In this document: piece by piece, positions 56,033 through 64,000 of the stretch
Numbering within the stretch: the stretch's first letter is position 1
Layout: every line of letters begins with the position of its first letter
Source: Bugula neritina
Taxonomy: Eukaryota; Animalia; Bryozoa
Assembly (NCBI GenBank): GCA_964035545.1
Contig: OZ037767.1
Coordinates: forward strand, 13,315,801 to 13,379,800
Direction of reading: 5' to 3'
DNA length: 64,000 nucleotides
The notes under the pieces: model-generated
What the model saw: only the letters and a program-made list of their open reading frames with translations
Told to the model about the DNA's origin: nothing
Database searches by the model: none
Program-made: the position numbers and the translations under genes

Positions 56033-58122
56033 AATACAGCCAACTGTAAGCTTCACCTACAAAATTAGAAAACACAGAGAAGTTAGCCAAAATATAAATT
56101 AAAAGAAAATCTGTGGGCTAGTGAAATGAAAAATAAATATTTTGATTTTTGTGCTGACAGAACATATAAAAACCAGAATGTTATTGTTTAAGTAAGTAAA
56201 TTATGATCAGTCATAAAAAGTTAGAGTTATGCAATAAACATAAAATTATATTGATCAATTATTTTATCATAACAGGACTCTTAGCAATCACTAGCTTAAT
56301 CACAGTGTATTTAAAGCAAAATAACCAATCGTTTTATTTTGTAGTAAACTTGTAAAACCAGAATCTAATGATAAATATAATCATCAGTATGATAATTCCA
56401 TTAGCGATAATAAATAATGATACATGCTTTTAGTAATAATTAATAAAAACTCGGGCTGTGTGACTAAAACTAAGAATACAAGTTAAGTGTAGAGTAGTAA
56501 AACTCAAAATAAGAGTAAACTATATAGCATCACATGGCTGATGGCACATGACGAATCAGTGGCGTTTACCATAAGGCTTGGAAACCGCAATGATATTGAC
56601 TTTAAGTGATAGTCATTGTGAGTATGGAATTGGGTATTGTATGCTTATACTTATGCGCATAGATTGTCTTGATTTTATCACATATACGGCGGCGATAAAC
56701 TGATATTTAAAATTCTATCAAGAATATATATTATTAGTACAACTATAAGTATTACATTTAGTTTTACACCAACCCTAAACTCTGAAGAAAAAGTCTAACT
56801 CTAACTGCTTAGCATAAAGTGAGTCATCATCAAATTGAATAATTATAACAGTAACTCACCACATTCAATCATCATCATGATTATGATATTTATATTGATT
56901 CGCTGATTGTAATTTCAATTTGTAAAGATATTTAGAAATTAATTCAGATTGAAATGAGGTTACGACTATGATCACGATGATAATTATCATAATGATAATG
57001 ATATTATTAATAATCATTATGGTTGCCTAACTTGAACTTAATTAAATTAGAATGATAAAATATGACACTCAAAACAATCATAATCATAATGATAATCATA
57101 ATGCCTAAACTAAAACTTAAAGTAAAACTGAAAGTGAAACTCTAACTCTAAGAGTAAGTCTAAGACTTTAGAGTTTAGACTAAATTAAAACAATAGAATT
57201 GACAACTTTCACAACATTTTTTTAAAAAATTAGTATAGAATTAGATTTTATCTCTATTTCTGGGAAAAACTTTCTTTTTTGTTGTTGAGTGTAGCAATAG
57301 TTACTGTCAGCCAATACGAGTATACTACGACTATGAGCATCAGTATAGATATAGAATCAGAATGTAACCTTTTGCTAACATGAATTGTAGCAAGGTAAAT
57401 CTAGAGAAATGAAAATACTGGAATACTTTAATAAACTAATAGTAGTTGTGTGGGTATAGCTTAGAATCTTGAAATTCAAAGCGGAAACCTGAGTGGCTGA
57501 TTGAAGTGGAAGCGCTAAAATAGTGTTTGTAACTTGAACTTTAATTTGTTAGACAGCAGCATGGTAATGAGTCATAGATGACTCCGGAGAATACTCGCTC
57601 TAAGGTTTTTATTATTTTTTTTATAAACCCTTAAACTGAATCTCAAAGTCCAAATCAATATGAATGTGAATATTAGTATGTTGTTGTTAGATTATTAGTG
57701 TCAGTATAACATTAACTGTAAAGGTTAGTATTATTATTAGTATCACATTCAGGGATTCACATTTACTTTTACTTTTACTCAGTTTAAGTTTTAGTTTTAG
57801 TAAACTAAGTGAAGTTTAATACTAAGTCTAATAGTAATAGTAATAGTTATACTTAGTCTTATAGTAATAGTAATACTGATGTTGCGTTTATACCTCTGAT
57901 GAAAAAAAGTTCCGAGTTTTACAATGCAATGCACCTTGGAGAAATTTCAACTCGGCCAAATTGAAATTGCATTTCTGACTGAAAATCGTGAAGGTATAAA
58001 CGCATCTCGATCTTGATGCTAATAGTAATACTAATACTTATACTAATAGTAATACTAATACTGATAGTAATAGTAACAGTTATATTAAAACTAATTAACA
58101 AAACATTAACTAAATTAACACC

Positions 58123-59022
58123 CAGATTTATGCTGCTGTGAATAGCAATGAGGACAAGCAGCTTTTTCAGACAAATATAGATGCTCTACACAAGTGGTCC
58201 ATGAAATGGAAAATGCCTTTTAACACAGAAAAGTGTGAGGTAATCGTCTTTAGCAAAGCCCCAAAGGCATATCCAGTGTTTGACCCCAGCTATGCACTTG
58301 GTGGAACTCCGCTCAAATGCAGACAGGAGATCAAATATCTTGGTATAATTCTGCAGTCCAACTTAAAATTTGAGCAACATATTACATCTAAGATCAAAAG
58401 TGCCTCCAAGGTCTTAGGTTGCATAAAATACTCGCTTTATGAAGCCCCTGCCAATAGCAAACTACTCGCATACACCAGTCTCTGCCGACCAATTCTAGAA
58501 TACGGCGATACTCTTTGGGACCCAGCGGATTCAGCTAATATTGATGCCTTAGAGCGTGTACAGTCTCAAGCAATCAGGTTCATTAACAATATCAAAGGAA
58601 GACAGGGCATCTCAGAAGCTCGAAATAAACTCGAACTACAACTTCTCAAAGACCGAAGAAAAACACATAGGTTGTCACTGTTAATGAGAATCCTCTCAGA
58701 TGAATCTAAACACCAAACCTTAGCCTCAGCTTATGATGAACTGACTAAAAATAAAAACAAGTACACTATGTATACGCGAGCTGCACAGAGAGGTGAGCCA
58801 ACATTTATCTATGCTGCGAGCAAGGTCTATTTTAACAGTTTTCTCCCACGCAGTGTGAGAGATCTGAAGCTAAGGTCAACTAACACACAACAATAAACAG
58901 CTATATGCTGCTATACTAACTCATACTGACATTTATCACTAACCAAAGAGGCGCTCCACGTTTGCACCATAACGGTGACATTGAGTGTTCTATCGTCTAC
59001 GAGGTGAGTTACGAGGTGAGGT
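58123..59022 (+). mobile_element. 5'-truncated LINE (CR1/L2-group-like), RT C-terminus plus 3' UTR
   Basis: ORF 58138-58896: W.MPFNTEKC, KYLGIIL, RPILEYGDTLWDP, LERVQSQAIRF, SFLPRSVRD; gaggt-repeat tail. Confidence 0.88.
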
Positions 59023-59549
59023 GATAGTGAATGTGATACTAATAGTAGTACTAATAGTAATACTAATTGAGTAATACTAATACTAAAAGTATTACTGTAA
59101 TAGTAAAACTAATAGTAATACTAATAGTAAATGTAATACCATGTCCATTGGCATTAGTGATTAGTTAATAACTTAATTACTCAATTAGTGATTAGTCTTA
59201 ACTTACAGTTACTCTTACTCTTCAAGTTGGTAATACTAGTAGTGCGAGTATCTCACTATCTCAATCCCAAAGTCAATCTGTATAACATTTCCTACAAGTA
59301 TAACTGTTACCTGTCTGTTAGTTTCCACTACTACTAGTTATACTAATAGACATAGTAATGCTAGCACTAATTATCTAATACTGATAGTAATACTAATAAT
59401 ACATTTATTGGATTAAGTATTGCTATTAGTATTACTATTAGTATTAAAATACATTTAGTTTTACAATTATCATTAGACTTTGTAATACTAATAGTAATCG
59501 TATTAATAATTATTCGAACTTACTTGAAGTCAATTGATCATCACACTGG

Positions 59550-60440
59550 ACCGCCATAGAGAGAGAAAGGAGTGTGCCGCATATGGGTAATGTGTTGGAC
59601 AGTCATTGGTGAACATTCATTCAGTTAGTACTTGTTGGGCTGTCTTGACTGAACAGGAACGTAATCTTGTCTATGTGGAAATCTCTGAATTATTGCTTTG
59701 ATTGTGACCAATTTTCAGATCCTGGATAGTCCTATTCAAATACTTGGTACTGTTAGCACCCAATGATCGAGGCTGTCCCCTTGCTTGGGAGCGAGTCTGC
59801 ATAGTGCTGTTGGTTGGTTTGTTCAGCAGGTCATCATAGGCTGAGCTGAGACCCAGATGTTGTTCTTTTGCCAGAATCTTCATATGGATATTAATACGTC
59901 TAGTTCTCCTTTGTTCAAGGGGCTGTAGGCAGAGTTTTTTCATGGCGCTTTCGCCACCTTCATAGTCTTTATTCTTTAATATTGGCTGTGAATCTCACTG
60001 CATCCACTTGTATCTTTTCTAAGCCAGAAATATCCTTCTTGCAGGCTGGGTCCCTAGCTGCGCTATCGAATCCGCGACATTTCGAAAATGACAATTAGAA
60101 AATAAACAATTGGAAAACAGGCATTTGGAAAATAAAGAATATTCAAAAAGTTTTTTGTAAATGTGAACAATTTTAAATTAGAACTACTCGGTAACTAATT
60201 CTACTTCCATGATAGCCTAACTGATTCGGCCAGTATATTTATTTTTAACAGCCATTTTGGAATTGACCAGATGCCGGACAACCCCTCAAAACTAGACCAT
60301 GTTGAATATTTTTCATTTTCCAATTGTCCATTTCCCAAATAGGTGTTTTCCAATTATCATTTTCGAAATGTCGTGTCACCGCGCTGTCATACTCAAGGTG
60401 TGGTAGACACAAGAGTTTGTATGCAATCAATCGTGCTCGC
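59550..60440 (-). mobile_element. Decayed LINE 3' fragment related to the 58123 copy, split by a MITE
   Basis: AYKLLCLPHLEY / DPACKKDISGLEKIQ / LSSAYDDLL...TRSQARGQP. Confidence 0.8.
60068..60380. mobile_element. MITE with ~8-bp TSD (Mutator-like by TSD length)
   Basis: Inverted ends cgacatttcgaaaatga / tcattttcgaaatgtcg; flanks gcgctatc / gcgctgtc. Confidence 0.72.
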
Positions 60441-61906
60441 TTGTTTGTCTAATTATTATGAATATAATGATAAATTGATAATGATGGTAATACTGATAGT
60501 TATATTATTGATATTACTTTTAGTATTAATATTTATATTGCTAATATGCTATTACTATTAATATTACTATTGCTGTTGGTATATTAGTTATTACTGTTAA
60601 TGTATTAATATTAGTTATACCAAGTCCATTGGCAATAGTAAATGTAGTAATATTAGATTACTATTACTAGTAGTAATGGTGATAGTATTGGTATCACAGC
60701 TATCAGTATCACTAGCAGTAATATTAATACACCAATATAAATAGTATTTTAGTAATAATAAGTCTAATAGTATTAATAGTAATTGTATACTACTAGTATT
60801 AGTAATACTAATAGTATTACAGTATTACTGTTACTATTAGTAATACTAATACTAATGGTAATACAGTAATAGTATAGGTAAAGTAGTACAATAGTCATTT
60901 AGTCAAATAAAATTTAGCATAACATTATTTGTAAATTATAAATAATAATTTTATTATGAAATATACTTTTAATAAACTGCTTATAAGTTATCAGTTTTAC
61001 ATTTAGTTTTACATTAGACTTACTCTTAGTATATTTCGTAGTTGTATCGCTTATAAATAATATTAAAAAAATCAAATGTTCATAATAGTTATGATTTTTC
61101 ACACGATCACAGTTAATTCACTCATCTGCACCAGTTCCTGCATCCAGTATGAATATGAGTGCCAGTTAACTCATGAAACTCAAACTGAGCAATTATATTG
61201 TTTATTTAGTTTCACTGATAGTTGTAATGTTACCATGCCAACCAGTACTACCAAGTCTTTGGTTGTGCTCTAACCCACAAGATCACTATACTTTACAATG
61301 ATTTCAATAGCTAACAATTTTGCTATTATTAGGCTTATCATTGAAACTTGAAATTATTTAAAAGTAACCTATTCATTATTGAGCATTTGCACAGTCACAG
61401 TGTTATTAAGTAGCAAAGTGAGTTACAAAAACTTGAAATATAGTTCTTTAAATGGAATTGTTTCTCAAAGAAAGTTGGTCGCCTAATTTAATGTTTCTAA
61501 ACAAAATTGTATATGACTACTCAGAGCTGAGTGGAAGGCAATTGTCAAGTCATGGTTTCGACTCGAGACAAAATATGTCGCATTCATGTTTTGTTAATTT
61601 ATTACCTGAGACTAGCCATGTCAATTTGATTTGCTTAGTAAATATATATTGAAATCAATAATATATAGCAGGGTAAATTAATTTACAACATTACTCTTTG
61701 CTTGTATTTATGTTGACCCACATTATATGATAAATAACATTCTTAAACTTTACATTTATGCAATATTATTTTACTGTTGATTATTAACTCAAAAACTATT
61801 TATAAATCCCCGATCTTCTATGCAGTACCTCTATTATTATCGATCTTTAAATGTGATTCGTATGGAGAGAAATTGCTGTCACTACAGCTTGTTTACTGTG
61901 TTTTAG

Positions 61907-63689
61907 ATGGAAAGGTCACGTTCAAGGCCAACTCGACCTCCACCTCCAAATTATGTTGCTAGGCAACAGCTACCAAGTGATCTCGAACGCTTCCAGGAGC
62001 TTTATCATCAAGCTGTTTTGTACGAAGGTTATATTTGAACTGTTGTAGCACATAGTTTAATACATACAATTGAGAAAGTAACTCTTAAATAGATCGAACA
62101 GTGTTTATTGAAAATAATTGGTATTTAGTAATACAGAGGATTCAATCTCCTAGAATTTATTTAGAACCTGTTTTTGGTTTATTGTTTTTGGTAAAAAGTT
62201 GAGCATAGCCAATTTTTTAAACATGTCGACATTTTTTCTCAAACAGAAAAAAATTTTAAGCTCTAACATTACACTATATCTGGTACAGGTGACCAGTATG
62301 CTGTTTCGTCTTCGTTCAATCTTGTATTGTATACAGTATGTAATGTTTACAGAGAAGTAAATAAAGCCCTAGATTGTGACGAGAACGGACAAACTACTGA
62401 GGCGTTAGTTAGTTATAAGAAAGGGGTGGAGTTGATCACAGGAGCCCTGGCTATACAGCTGTTGGCATCTGCTAATAGTGAAGTCAACTCCAAACGAGAT
62501 AAACTTAAAACTGCACTGGATAATGCTAAGTCAAGAATAGCGGAGTTGGAGCCACCCTTAGATCATGGTGAGTTCTAAGACCTCAGGCTACATTTTACTT
62601 TGTGCCATTAGTTTTTAAATGAGAATTTAATATAATTATAATTAATAAAGTTAAATAATGTATTATATAATTATAGGCAATGTGTTACAGTCTTCTAATA
62701 TATAGAAATTTTTTCTACATCAGCAGAAAACTTGAAGCTAACTATGTTCGGTTTATCTTTTGATCAATTTAAGCCTAGAATGTTGGCATGTTGTGTAGTA
62801 AATGTATTATTATGATTGTAAAAATGGTCTCTTGATGATATCTGTTTAGATAGCAAGGTGCACACAACTCTACATTACATAGATTGAGTAAACGTCAAGT
62901 TTTCTTGTGTCGGAGGTTAAAAAACCTCTTTTGCAGTTATCTGTATTTAATTTGGCATAACTTTTAACTGAAATGAAGCATTGCTCATTAGTAACTAAGG
63001 CTAATTATGGCCAAGTACCTCAGGCTATTATCCGATCTGACTACAGGCAGCGTGCGGGTGAGGTCCAGACAGACAGCGTTGCCTAGTTACGAAGAAGCTA
63101 CTTCGCCTTCACCTGATAGTCAGCTGTCCCGGTGCTTTGATGCCGATGTGCTGCTCACTGTTGCTAGTGTTCAGGTAGATTTACCTGTGTTTACCTGCAT
63201 TACCTTATTCTCTGTTGTTACTCTACTCAGTAAAATGTGTATGTCTACCTGTATTCCACATATGCTTACCTGTCTTGCACTAATTGCAACATAGTATAGT
63301 AGATGTTAAGGAAGGGAGCAGCCGTGGTCTAGGGGCTAGAGTGTTTGCTTAGTAAATACCAGGTTATGGGTTGGAACCCAGTAAAGGCCATTGGTGATGT
63401 TAGGAAGAGCATCCAGTCATGTTTGCTCTTGTGCCACATAAGAATAAGTCCTTAGCCCGGTTTAAAAAAAAACTTTTCCATCAGGGGTTTTCTCACAGGG
63501 ATGGTGACTATAAACTTGTGTGAGTTATATGTTATGTAATATAGTTATGTTGATGTGATGATTTTTAGGTGTACTTCATAACAGGAAATGGTCACATCAG
63601 CACAAACTCTGTTCCCCAAACTTTGTACGTCTGCAAATTTAAGTCACCTTCTGCGATACCTGGAGCTCCACAGCACTTCCTCATGATTG
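61907..63689 (+). CDS. SPART: Spartin (SPG20), 3'-partial: MIT domain, LPSY motif, start of central domain
   Basis: Exons 61907-62019, 62353-62567 (VNKALDCDE...ALVSYKKGVEL...AKSRIAEL, MIT), 63047-63174 (LPSYEEA...VQ), 63569-63689 (VYFITGNGHIS...P..FL). Domain order and motifs match spartin. Confidence 0.85.
63314..63527 (+). mobile_element. tRNA-headed SINE
   Basis: Full-length family member in a spartin intron. Confidence 0.87.
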
Positions 63690-64000
63690 GTTGGTACCTC
63701 TTATTACTGCTGCATTATATAATACACGTTAGATAACGCATGTCATGTTTAGTTGCACTTTTCATCAATTGTTTCAATATTTTAGTCTAAATATTATTGC
63801 TTATCGATTTTGCATTTGTTAAAACTTATCACTATTCTCAAAACACTTTCAGTCCAGTGAATCAGTGGAATTTTTATTATTTTATATCAATTTATAAGTA
63901 GTTATAAATTATATAATAACTAGCTGGTGCTTATTCACCTCTTATTGAAAGTACAAGAGCCAACGTAGCCAAAGATACTTGATTGAAACGAGACAAATAT

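Noticed and set aside
57880-58006. Small inverted repeat gcgtttatacct / aggtataaacgc
   Set aside because: May be a tiny MITE, but it is single-copy here with no clear TSD.

Overview
AT-rich, intron-rich animal (invertebrate-like) genomic DNA; the taxon cannot be fixed from sequence alone. All gene models were spliced by hand from GT-AG junctions and reading phase. Five host genes: (1) the 3' part of a transmembrane mucin (Thr/Pro repeats, EGF-like, SEA-like, TM; + strand, to 5417); (2) ILF2/NF45 (-, 10696-16479); (3) a 13-exon, ~1087-aa TRIM/RBCC gene (+, 34552-45998) with an internally duplicated B-box/coiled-coil module and a C-terminal domain that looks like a chymotrypsin-fold protease with Cys at the nucleophile position (AH...D...GDCG...IGMFIG); (4) an AMPK beta subunit (-, 48515-56032); (5) the 5' part of spartin (+, from 61907). 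The interval between ILF2 and the TRIM gene is packed with mobile elements. It holds an inverted Penelope-like (Naiad-type) retroelement with a hammerhead ribozyme at each end, a pogo-like MITE, and a decayed TIR element encoding a CXC/GCDT-motif protein that sits at the axis of a palindrome. It also holds a young non-autonomous Gypsy-type LTR element (gag, protease and integrase Zn-finger present; RT, RNase H and integrase core absent; spliced zinc-finger accessory ORF) and two solo LTRs inserted within about 50 bp of the same site. Elsewhere: tRNA-headed SINEs, Sola-like and other MITEs, LINE fragments, and many minisatellites abutting splice sites. The best candidates for something undescribed are the TRIM-protease fusion and the RT-less LTR element with its intron-containing zinc-finger gene.
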